Assembly (NCBI GenBank): GCA_000934665.2
Contig: JYFJ02000819.1
Location: 62,001-106,893 of the forward strand
From: Catajapyx aquilonaris
Taxonomy: Eukaryota
Length of the DNA: 44,893 bases
Reading direction: 5' to 3'
Shown here piece by piece: positions 1 to 11,424 of this stretch (positions are counted from its first letter, which is position 1; each line of letters starts with the position of its first letter). A model generated the notes under the pieces. The model was given only the letters and a program-made list of their open reading frames with translations, was not told the DNA's origin and ran no database searches. The position numbers were made by a program, and so were the translations under genes.

Positions 1-1005
1 CACTCTCTGCTTGATTTCCTCCTTCCTCTCCCTGTACGCTTCTTTCAGCTCTTCTTTGCGCTCCTGGTATCGCTCCTTCAGGTTCTCCTTCCTCTCGCCA
101 TATAAATCTTTCAGGTTTTCTTTCCTCTCCTCGTACATCTCCTTCAGCTTCTCCTTTGATGGGATGGGCTTGATGTAACCCCAATCTCTCAAATATTTGA
201 TCGAGACGGTCGTTCCGCCTGAAAAAAATTCAGTTGTTAGTTATCGTATCCGCCGATGCAAATAACAGGTTACAAACCCAATGTGACGATGTATCTGGCT
301 GGAGTTGCAAGCTTGTACAGAGCAAACATCACGGCAAGATGTCCAGCTGCCGAATCTCTTATCGGATCGACAAACTTGTCCGGCAAGCCTATGTACTCCA
401 ATACTGGTACTATGTCGAATCCTCTGGAAATCAACAGGAATTAATGAATATTACATTTTACATCAATTTAGAGCACATTAAATTCCGATTGCAGCAGGAT
501 TTTGTGGCTAACTTATCTCAGGAAGTAAGAGAGTGAAAATATTTGAAGATTGCGTACGTCTTCGCCACGTAGTAGAACGTCCCAAACCAGATGACCGACG
601 TGAAACAATGCACTGGTACGAGGACATACCAGTACTGCTTATACATTTGTTTAAACCGCTGGAACAACGTCATCTTTTCTACCGGTAGGGAATCATCCTG
701 GTCTGGCTTCGGATCATTCTGACCGCCTTTGGTAACAAACTGCCGGGAATGAATGGGCGTCTGGCATGTGACCGGCAGAAGAGGCGCCATCTGACACAAC
801 TCGCATCTCATGCGGAGGTCACGTCTTGAGTATACCGGATCTGCAAGACACACGTTAATATGTTACGGTGTGCGCATGTGTATGGGGGCAACGTACATGA
901 GGAGGTCCTCCAGCGTGGTCCGGCTGCTGCGGTGGCTACGACCCATCCTTCCGGTGCTAATAGAGATGTCCTTGCAAGCCTGGCAGACAGACACAGCAGG
1001 TTCAT
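1..1005 (-). CDS. FAM210A: FAM210A-like (DUF1279) mitochondrial membrane protein, 3'-truncated by the window edge; exons 1005-897, 840-558, 423-278, 218-<1
   Basis: GT-AG introns (841-896, 424-557, 219-277) give one continuous frame. It reads MNLLCLSARLARTSLL (Arg-rich, presequence-like) ... LFQRFKQMYKQYWYVLVPVHCFTSVIWFGTFYYVAKTGFDIVPVLEYIGLP ... AGHLAVMFALYKLATPARYIVTLGGTTVSIKYLRDWGYI, then a K/E-rich coiled coil. These match the FAM210/DUF1279 signature motifs. An acceptor AG at 1009-1011 implies an upstream non-coding exon. Confidence 0.9.
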
Positions 1006-1417
1006 CTCCTGAAAATAATTAATTGGAATCAACAAAATGATGCAACAAGCGCTGATGCAACAAAAACCTTTTACGTTTACAACCAATTGTGATCATTTTT
1101 ACACCGCCATTCTGGTGCAGGACAGGCAGGACATTAAACCATGCAGTTTCAAACCCGGTTTTACACATAAAACCGGGCTTGGGGGGATTAAAACTCACCA
1201 GATATTTTCACGTCATGTGAAGAACGCACGTGTGGGAGATGCCAGTAGTGGCTGGTCGATAGGAGCGATACAGATAGACGATGGCAGTAGCTCCAGTGGC
1301 GATATCGCCTTCCCGGTGGCGCCTCTAACGGCCACTTGTTAAACAACATATTACATTCAATAAAATGAAAAAAAATGCAGAAAAAATGGCTATATTATTA
1401 TACTCTATCATGTAATA

Positions 1418-1558
1418 CTAGCTAAATAATAATATTGTGCATATCCGCAATTTATGGCATGCTAATCACGGTTGCCATGACAACCAAAACCTGGACAAAC
1501 AAGGGGAACAACTAAACAAACAAACAAACTTTGCATTTTAGGCTATATAACACAGAGA
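1418..1558 (-). mobile_element. Short non-autonomous Helitron-like element
   Basis: On the minus strand it begins TC-TCTGTGTTATATA, contains (TTTG)n and a GTTGTCATGGCAAC motif, and ends in CTAG followed by T. The architecture matches 14850-15021. Confidence 0.4.
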
Positions 1559-2922
1559 TATATGCCAGTTATGAAGGTGTAGCCTCCTTTTTTGGGGGGA
1601 TGAAAATGGATGAACTTTTGCGGTTATTGCTCAATATAACTCGATTTTTTTTAGAGATTTTATAGGTTTGATTAGGAAGTGGAGTCGTGCGCGGATAAAA
1701 GTTTGTTAGAGAATCCTGGAAGTAGATGCGCTGGAGGAAGCGGATTTTTATTTTGGAGGGAGGCTTTACTAGGTTATACTGGAGCCTGGGTAACTCATGG
1801 TGAATTCTAATGGCCTTTTTCCTCCTCTGGATTTTTTATTTTTATTTTTTTGGGCCTATGTACCCCGCCTCAACCCCGCCTCGTCGGTTCTTCGCTATTG
1901 GATTTTTGGTGGGAGGTCCCACTTTGTTTTATTATAGACCTGAACGTGACTGGACCCAGAGGAAAATCGACCTGGAAATGACCTGACACAATTATTGAAC
2001 CATTAACCTTTTCAGAAACAAAAGGTCACGTTTGTGGGTTTTTGTCAAACACAGGTTTTTAGATGTCGGTTTCAGTTTGATCGAGTCCTATTTGGCCTGT
2101 TTGACTAATGAGCTTCTGAGATTTGTAGGAGTCTCTGTTCACGCCCAAGTGCGTCAGTCGTCGACTCGAGTGCCAAAAACGTGGAAGAGCAAAAGTGGGT
2201 CCTTTTCAACCAAACCCCGAATTTTTTGGGATATCCGCGCGCCCACCCTCCGGATTCTTCTCGACAGCATGTCACAGGCAAGTTAATTCCGTTCAAATTT
2301 TTTTCCTATGGTCCTAACTGATTAAATTTCGCTTGACTGACATTTTCGACTCGATTGCGAATATCAAAAGGGCAAACTCTGGCCCTGTCTTTCAATATAT
2401 TTTTGGTTGGTGCTGGTGGAAACATATTAAGGAGATGGCCCCTTTTGTTTCACATGGTGGAAGAGAAAACTGTTCCATTTGAACGCCTTTGGAGCCAAAA
2501 TGCAATCTGCGGAATTGAGCTGCACTTTTTCCTATATTGGCGGACAGGTTTAGCGTTGAAATTTTCACCTTAGGGATTAAACAAAATTATGCACCAAGTA
2601 CCCGCAATTCCTATATGCGAGTAAATGACATTATCGTCGTGCGTCATGAGTTTTTTCTCCAAAAAAAGGTAGTTGTGCGTCATGCACAGTATTATAATGG
2701 AATTATAACTAATATTTTATAAGACATACTGTATTAATATTCATGCATGACCTGCGGGCTTGCATGTGGTGCGTGGGAAGTACCCGACGCAATAACACAG
2801 CTTGTCATGCTGCACTTCACGGCTTTATTCTCGGCTGCACCCGTTACAGTACAGCACCTGTAATGGCATGTTTCGCAGTTGGTGTCACTGAATCTGAAAT
2901 GAAATTATTACAGATAATAATC

Positions 2923-3438
2923 CCTTTTCTAATCCGCTTATTATAATAGTAATTCATACCCCGTTATCAGCCGGCGGCTCTTTAGAGGGGATATATATTT
3001 TTTTGACTGGAACTCTTCGTTTCGTTTTTTACTGCGTTTTTTGGGATATGATAGGATCAAGGAATGAGGCGGCTATGGCCTATTAGTTTAGGAAACAACT
3101 CCGGAATTCTCCTGGAGGAACCATGGGAAACCACAGAAAACCACGGTTAGAGTTGCCGACACCGGGATTCGAACCCAGGACCTCCCGATTAGCAGTCGGA
3201 TACCATATCCCCTCCGCCACCACTGATTCGGTCTAATCCGCTTATTCTCTCCGTCGGATGTTTGTCTGACCTGATAGTACCACTATCACCCGCACGATTT
3301 GAAAGTGGCAGGAGAGTGCAGGGGAAGGGTGCGCCATCTATGCGTGAAGAATAGTACTATATTTTTAATCGGCCTCCAGCGCGATACTATCAGGTCGGAC
3401 AAACATCAGACGAAGAGAAATAGCGTATTAGAAGAAAG
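2923..3438. mobile_element. MITE with about 50-bp imperfect terminal inverted repeats; left arm interrupted by a SINE
   Basis: The left arm ctaatccgcttattctctccgtcggatgtttgtctgacctgatagta (3233-3279, outer part at about 2923-2942) is the reverse complement of tactatcaggtcggacaaacatcagacgaagagaaatagcgtattagaagaaag (3385-3438), with a few mismatches. Confidence 0.7.
2943..3232 (-). mobile_element. tRNA-derived SINE (290 bp) with 14-bp target-site duplication
   Basis: The minus-strand head has an A-box (TGGCGGAGGGG), an anticodon-arm-like GACTGCTAATC and a B-box (GGTTCGAATCC), followed by a non-tRNA body and an AT-rich tail. It is flanked by the exact direct repeat ctaatccgcttatt at 2929-2942 and 3233-3246. 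Confidence 0.85.
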
Positions 3439-6400
3439 CTAAGTGTTGCGAAATATTGCTGGCAATGGGGTCACTAGTAATAGAATAATAGTCTCAATAA
3501 GTAAGTGTATAAAATTCCATGCTAATTAGTAGCATTTTCAGACGTAACAGCTGGTGCTTATTAGTAAACAAAAATCCATCCTTGTTATAAGTAGTTGCCA
3601 ATTAGCAGAGAGGCAAAAAAAACTAGCATCAGGTTTTTAGCAGAGGTATACATAAAATTAATCCTTGCTATTACTGTAACATACACACTGTAGAAACGAA
3701 AACATTGCTAATTGGCACCTAATAAGAATAATTTTCTGGCCTGAATTGTTGTGGCGAATATTGTATGTATTCAATCAAACCCCGGTGATGGGTCGAGGGC
3801 TTTTGCGACGTCAACTGAGCGAAAATGCCAATAACTCAACCCGGGTTTTTTTTCCCCCCGTTCTTTTATCAGATTGGATCTATCCAGATGGGCTGTTCTC
3901 TGCATCATTTCCCATCACATTTTTTTCGCTCCTTTCCAATCCCACCACTGCATCTTCATAATCTTTTGGGAGTTAAGCGCTAGGATTTTTGCGACTATAA
4001 TATAGTGAGGAGGCGCAGGTATTTTTTTTTCTTCTTTTGCTAAAGAGAGAGAGAAAAAAAATATGGCGCTTTCTACCTCTTGGGTTTGTGACATTGAATG
4101 AAAGCGACCTCGCTCTAGAGATTTAGCATGTCTGAAGAGTAAGCCAATCGAAAAGCTCAGATGCAATAAAGTTGGACAGGCAGAAAGCACGCAAAAAAGT
4201 ATAGAAAAAAAGATAGTGCCAATTCTCCCACTAGGATATTTATTTTTTGCTGTCAGATATAAAAAGGTGTCCATATATTAATTTGATTCAACCCTCTGTA
4301 CATGTTTCCCCATTTTTTTCCTCTTTACGAGGATTTGCACTTTTAGCACTCTTATTGTTTGAATTTTGCAAGTGTTTCATGCGGGTTTGTTAGTGGAATC
4401 GCAGAGGCAGCGTGAAATTCTCGCGAAATACATAAAGTTTTGTTTGGACAGAGCAAATAAAACCGGATATTGGATTACAGCACAGTGGATTCCACTTTAA
4501 TATTGGATTATGACCTATACTCGCAGTAAGAAGACGAGAAATATCAAAGGATGTAGTTTATTAATGGCAGTTAGGTTGATGCAACCGGTCATGTAAACGG
4601 TGTGAATTTAATCGCCTTGTAAACCAATGGGCGGTTTCAAAATCAGCCATAATCCAGGACCCATTTGCATAATTATTTCCCAGGCGTAGAAGCGACATAG
4701 ATTGGATCGTAAATGTCAAAGAGTTGCAAAGTGTCATGCCATGCATTGCATATGTGTGTGTGTGGTGCAGGTTTGAGCTCCAATTTAGGGCTGGGGCTAT
4801 TGATCTGCAGTGAGGAATAAGGTTCACGAGGCTTGATTGCAGGTTTCTAGCAACTCTCCCGGCGCTTATATGCCCACAGCCCTCGATCGTTTATGAAATA
4901 TTGATGCTGCCACCTACATATGTGTGTATTGGAGATGCAAAAAAACTAGGTAAAACGACTTGACCTAGTTTGTACAATTGTGCGATTGGAAAAGACAGCA
5001 CGGTTCAAATTACGTCATTTATATATTTTAAAAAATCGGACTAATTAGCTAGGTTTATTAAAGCTGATTGTGAATGAGGATGCCTGACCTTTTCGGTGCA
5101 GGAAGCACCTCATTAGCGAGCAGTCAATTAGGCGCGCATAGGTCATCACTGAAGGAGGCGCTTGATGCGTAACTCGAATACTCAATAGGCCTGATTGCAT
5201 CATACAACTTTACCTGTAAAGTATACAAAAGGCCTTGAACTTATACTGATAACATCGCCTGCATTTCCATGTCGACACCGCGTGTGATATATGCCGGCAG
5301 AACAAGCTGTTGAATTTTATATGGAACGCTATTATAGGTGTCACGGCCCAGCACCATATAGGCCCTACATATCTCAGGAAAAAAATCGATCACCTTTTTT
5401 TTTGCACTCTCAATATGTGCAAGATATGACCTTTTTACGATATTTGACTACAGATGTGGCATGTACAGGGTGGAACATGGTCCAAATCGTAACCTCATAA
5501 TGATTACTTTCCCCCCTCTCTCTATACCATCCCACCCCGGACCTCTCTCTTCATCACTTCGTCACTAAGCAACCGTCTGTCTCTAATTACTGATCCCCCC
5601 TGCATACGGCTGCAGCAGCTGGGGCATGGCAACTTCCATTTTGGATTCGAGTCTATAACAAAATGATTCGGATGCCGCCGCCGGTTTCCATTTATAGTCG
5701 AACCGATACAAGCTGCGATCTATTTAATGGATCCCAAAACTCATTTGATCTGGCTGGTTGTGATTCGTGGTCAGGCGGCCATTTTGGAATTAAAAATTGA
5801 GTAGCCTACTAACTTTTAGGCGTATGAGACACCCTGTAAGTGTGGGTAAAGGTTTGTCCTAAACTGACTGTGAACATTACAGCTTCTGGGCGCTTTTGCA
5901 GAGTGGGGAAAATATTGGAAGAAGTTTTTTTTTTTGCAAACGCCAGGCATTCCATCCTCTCCAGGGGAGGATTTTCTGCAGCGATTTATTGCCAACATGT
6001 CCTCGTGACCTTTTACAGTTCTGTCAAATGGATTAGCGACACAGCACGAGGATAAAAAAAAAGGGGGGGGGGGTCTACTAAACCATTTTGCTGCCAGCGA
6101 CACTATTATGCAAGGTGATGTACTGTCCAAAGTTCCCAGACCAATTGGGGGAAAGTGGACTGTTGTTTACCCAAGCAACCAAAGAAGCAACAGTGTGTTG
6201 TTTAAGATGTGGTAGACAGTCCAAATCTTTCATAATGAATTGTGGTTTTATTTGAAGCCACACCCTGTAATATTACTCCTGTTGAGATCCTTTATTTTTC
6301 CGGAAATGGTGATAGCAAGATATTTTCATGTGGCGGATACAGGACAAGTGTTTTGTCGTGTGCTTCTTTCGTCAGTCACGTAACTGAAAAATCGACATGT

Positions 6401-9400
6401 GGACACACCCTTCTACATATAAAAAGGCACGTTCTTTCCACATTGGCTCAATAGCTGAAATAAACTTGCGTGGAATATTTTATCAGATTCTGTGATCACT
6501 CTGCATGACATTCCAGGTCAAGGTTCAACCGGTCGAACTTCGCCGGTTGCTATCATCACCAAGGATTATTGGTTCTATCTGTAATGAAAAACTGATGTGC
6601 TTTTTTCATCACCGCATAGTACAGCTATTCGTCTTAATAAACGTCAATTTTCATAAAACTAGAAGGAAACAGTGAAGAGGTAAATTCTTATAATTTTTGT
6701 AGAGTTTATCTCAACCTGCCCATGAAAGTTAACTACAGTTATAACGTGCATTAAAAGTTATTTGGCACACCATCAGTGCAGTAATTTTTTACTAACTTAT
6801 TTAATTTTGGCTCACAAAATTGCACGTTTCTGTATATAAATTGCGAAAATTTAGCTCATCCTATTACATAATTGTGACGCAATAGTTTTTTTTAATTCTG
6901 AGTTTTGAATGATGACCTATAGTTGTAAATAGTGTGACGCACTGGAGCAAGCAAAAATGATGAGTGCACCAGGTGCGATAACGAGTCCGGAAAACTTTCC
7001 AAGCAGCGTCATTTTGTGGCCAGAAAATCTCGATTGTCCTGACGTCATGCGGATGACGTCGATTCCCAGCCGAGATCAATAGACGGACGTCAACAATAGT
7101 CGGCGGTGACGGAGGTTGTGCCTCTGCGGATGTATAGAATATATTACACTATACTATAGTTGCTGCAAAACTATTGCCCCAGCACCTCTCTTGGGGCTGA
7201 GCTGCAAGATTTATTGGGCTTAGTGCAATCTGTGGGTGACTTTTTTTTTTCCAATGGACAATGATTGGTTTTTGGAAGCGGGATAAACACACAGGCCACT
7301 TGATCCACTTTTCACGCCGATGGACCCTCGATTTATTGCCCTACGAACCTTTTTTTGCCGATTAGAGACGGACACTACCCAAATTAAAATCTTGTTAAAA
7401 TCCCATGTAATTATGAACCTCTGTGTGTGTGACCTGATTTCCAACAGGGTAAATATCTATATACAGGCAGAATCCTCTTCAATTAGGTGAACGGTAAGCT
7501 ACTTGACATTTTTGCAGGTTGATCCATATAATATGATTAAAAAATAAGTGAATAAAAGTCAAGTACCGGTATACGTAAAAAAAATGCGAGGAGGAAAAAA
7601 GCTTCACATTTTGCTGCTTTTCCACTGTTTAACAAGCCGGCAATTTCTCTCGAGCTGTGTACTAAGCATGTGTGTGGGCTGTAATAAACACAAAAATAAA
7701 GCTGGTTGCGGTTTTAGCAATCCAGCTCTCGGAGTGAGATTTGCGCAGTTTTGCTGAAATCAGTGTGGCCTCATTTTTAAAGGGTAATTTACGACGCGTT
7801 TTTGACTGCCGCTTAATGATCAGCCCCGGTGGATGAAGCAGCTGCACCAAAAAATATTAATTGCATTCATTAGATCCAGCTTATTGCTTGCTAATTAAGG
7901 AAGCTTCTTACAATTTTTGTTGCCGTGCTAATTTTGGCCAAAATGTAATCATATATGGATACAGGCCCTTCACTGCTAGGTATACGAAAAAATATTAATC
8001 TTTCAACTACTTGGTATCCTATTTTCTAATGTCATCGTTTCAAGCGCCAAATTGGAATGACTTACCTCCTCAAAGATTGATATGGCCAAAGCATGCGACT
8101 GTTGGGTGTGGTTCATATTATTTCTGGCCAAGTTTCCGGAAAGTGAACGTCTTTTGTCCATCAAAATCTTACCTGTTCATGTTGGTGGTCTGTAATCCTG
8201 CCAGTTATGCAGCCATTGGAGCATATCTTCCAGGATAAAGAGTCTCTCGCATACTGCACCGCATCTTCTCCAAGTAGCTCATAATATCCTCCCAACTAGA
8301 GCACTCCTGTGCTTTTCCACTCCAATCTGAATCGATTTGAAAGCTGCCACTGCAGTGGCTGCTGCTGTTGGAAGCTGAAAAGGGTTTTTGGAGGAGGCCA
8401 GGAAAACGAGGAGGGGGGCTTGCTTTGCTGGCGAACATCTGCAACGTTTCTAGACTGGCTTGTGTGGGGAAGGGGGGGTGGGCTTGACGTCATCACGGTT
8501 CTAATGAGACCTCGCACGCCAAGGTGACCACAAGAGCAGGAAATTTTTTGGGGGCGTTTCCTATATACCATGGCTGGAAGCTATCAGACCCAACAACACA
8601 AGAGGGTTTGACCCCTACAGACAATATTGACTCTGATATACACAGGCCAACAATCCTGACTTCCGGAATGAATTCGGCAGATACAGCCTAAGACACTTCC
8701 ATCGGATTAAACTCAAGCAGCAGACACTTCCGGGTAGAGCTGCAGTGTCTCCAGGATTTAACGTTCCTGGAAAAAAAACAGGGTGCTGATAATGACTTAC
8801 TGGGAAAAAATATTAATGAAGGATTTTTTTCCTCTAAAACGAGGTCGGTTCTTAAAACTGATGGGGGGCCTTTTTAGAAAGGTGTTAATGGATGCTGGAG
8901 CTGAATTGAACCCGGCTGATGAGTCTCCCGGATGGTTTATTAGCATGGAAATTGAATGTCAACATATCCCCGTATAGATTGACATTTTTTTTTTTTTGAA
9001 GAGTCGGATGAAATATTTTGGAGTTCGGCCTTACTCAGAGTGGTCATTTCGGCAGGTGCATTGCGGCTGTCGTGTCTGGGATGACCACAGCAGTGACCTT
9101 GTAAACCTGCCCACGTGTAAGTGTCCAATCAAGTTTTATGTCGAGATGAATAGCTAGTCTGAAAACCAAGATGCTTTTGGGGCTGGCAGTAATGGGCCTG
9201 GGTTACGACCAGAGGCCACCGGGTTAAATTTTTTGGGGAGAGGAACATGGAGCTATAAAAAGGGGGAGCAGTTTAATCATGTAAATATACGAACCATTTT
9301 TAAAATTATCGATTGCGGAAGAATTATGCGTTAAAATTAATCTCGTTGGGAGCTGTTCCTGCTGAGCATGATTTGATGTCATAAATCGCGAATCAGCTGA

Positions 9401-10549
9401 CGCGGAGATATGGAAATAGCGTGGATTTGCACACTCAGCGGTAAAAATAATGCAAGCTGATGTTGCATTAAATGTGCGTGTGAAAATTTTAAGTGGCCAT
9501 TGCTGCTAAAAATATCCGATGATGCAACAAAGCTCGATTTTCTATGCTAATTTCTGATTTGTACAAATATGTCAATATTGTTGTATGCTGACAGTATATA
9601 GGCCTACGCTTTAAAATGTGCACGGAATTTAGATTTTTAATGCCTATAGGAGGACGTCGCTGTCATATTGCTAAGATATTAATTAGCAATTAAAACAATA
9701 GTTTAGTGCACTGAGTCGTCTGACTGAACTGTACAGTATAATGATGTGATGCTTGTGAGAATGAGAGAACTTTTCGTCTGAGCGACCCAAAGCTGAAAAT
9801 ATTTTTGTATGATGCTGCATCTGCAGACTGGTACTGTAATTTTCGACTGTAATCATAAGGTCCTTATTTCTGTAACGACTTGCATGGGAGTATACGCGGG
9901 AACAGTTTAATGAAGCTGATGGATCCAGCTCCAACTTCATTCGCTCAATTTTAGTGTATATGCGCTCACCTCATTAAAATACGTAGGAAAGGACCCAGAG
10001 TTATTTATCGCGCTGTTGCTCTGACTTGCACCCAATCTCTCTGGCAAGCTTTTGTAATCTCTGCTCCAGACCTTTCGGTAAACAGCCTTGGTAAATTATA
10101 CATAAGGCCCCGCAGGCTAAAGGTTGGAGTTCAGATTTCGATGCGGGGTATAATATAAACTGCAGGTTGAGTTAAAACTTGTTTAATGGCCTGAAAATTG
10201 AGGGAGGATGACAACGTTTAATTATAACCGAGAGTTGTTATTGCAGAGTAAGTGATTGACACATAGCATTAGTCGAAAGTGTAAAGTCAGGTAGGCACAT
10301 GATGTATTCACCGCTTTGAGGTCTTGCCTAGAGAGTACTTTAGAGCCATCAATTGGCGAACTTGTAATAATTCAAGGTGGTGTAACGAGGTTGGACATTT
10401 TGCAGAAATTGCGTCGGTTAATTAGCTACAAACGATAGAATCCACATTTGTCGCCAGTTGTAAGAGTGTCTCCCAAAAATAATTTTTGAACAATTTGCAG
10501 CCCAGAAAAATTAGGTCATCAGCTTTATGGGAATCCGGGCAGTGAATCT

Positions 10550-11110
10550 AATTACATTAGGTGGCTTCTTGATCGATGAACCAGCAATGTGCGAAGGTGA
10601 TTATGAACGCCGCGATGCATTCTATGCCCTGAAGCTATATAGGAAGCATTGATGGTTCGGTAGTCTATATACCGGCGCCGCCATGGGACTTTAGACACGA
10701 AGGCAATAAATCGACGCTTATGAAGGCGTAAAGAAAGTAAACCCCCCGGAGCATGTTTGCAGAGAGATTTCACTCTCGATCAAGCAGAGGGTCCTCTTGC
10801 CTTGGCAAGTGAAACGACATGACTCTCGTCTCCAGCATCCCTCGATCGAATGGATGAGGTGCAGCCACAGCATCAGCACGAAGAGAGCCTTTGGGGGATG
10901 GTTGGATGTCGGGGACCAATTTCCATCGGCTACCCAAATGAAATTGGACCCTTTTCCTTCACGCTCCAGCCTTTTGCTTCGGGGGTCGTATCCGGAAGGT
11001 GTTTCAGGACCGCAGAGGATGTGATTCGGACCAAAATCACGTCCCAAGAGATGATTTCTAATCGAGGTTACAGAGTGCAGCGTACCTGTAATGCATCGGA
11101 TCAAAAAGGT
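10550..11110 (+). mobile_element. Possible heavily decayed R2/NeSL-type non-LTR retrotransposon C-terminal fragment
   Basis: Stitching frames gives MSGTNF..ATQMKLDPFPSRSSLL.RG...GCDSDQNH.SQEMISNRGYRVQRTCNA. This loosely resembles the SGxxF..LRLxxLPTR..RG..C..H..Q.C..HG.RI.RHN segment before the R2 endonuclease. Multiple frameshifts and stops; resemblance only. Confidence 0.3.
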
Positions 11111-11191
11111 GTCGACGACCTCTCTCAAAGGTCTCTCAAACTTATAGTAAAAAAGTAACGACCACTCCCATCCAACATAGCTATAAAAAAT

Positions 11192-11424
11192 ATGATTTTC
11201 TTACGAGAGCAACCGAGTGCGCACTCACACTCGAGCAAGGCCATTGTTCCGACAACAACGTTGCCACAGTTTTTCCTCAGGGGTCAAAAATTAGACTGGT
11301 ATCCTCTAAGAATCGTTCCAGAACCTTGGCAACATCGCACATTACACAATGAAGCTAAGCGTTGTTGGAAACAATCTGCGCGAACTGTGTTGTCCACTCG
11401 ATTGCGCTCATTAAAAATCACCTA
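11192..11424. mobile_element. Palindromic MITE, copy 1 of a family also present at 18333-18567
   Basis: Terminal inverted repeats tgattttcttacgagagcaaccgagtg / cactcgattgcgctcattaaaaatca. The internal sequence gcgcactcacactcgagcaaggccattgttccgacaacaacgttgc aligns with the 18.3-kb copy. Confidence 0.75.

Noticed and set aside
3155..3232. tRNA-Ser(GCT)-like sequence on the minus strand
   Set aside because: It has no proper acceptor stem or long variable arm, continues into a SINE body and is flanked by a TSD. It is a SINE head, not a tRNA gene.
9180..9232. Possible tRNA/SINE head (ggcagtaatggg…ccgggttaaatt)
   Set aside because: The boxes are too degenerate, with no TSD or body similarity.
3700..10500. 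Numerous 60-120 aa ORFs
   Set aside because: They have no recognisable motifs, codon bias or consistent splice structure, and are likely intergenic or old repeat DNA.
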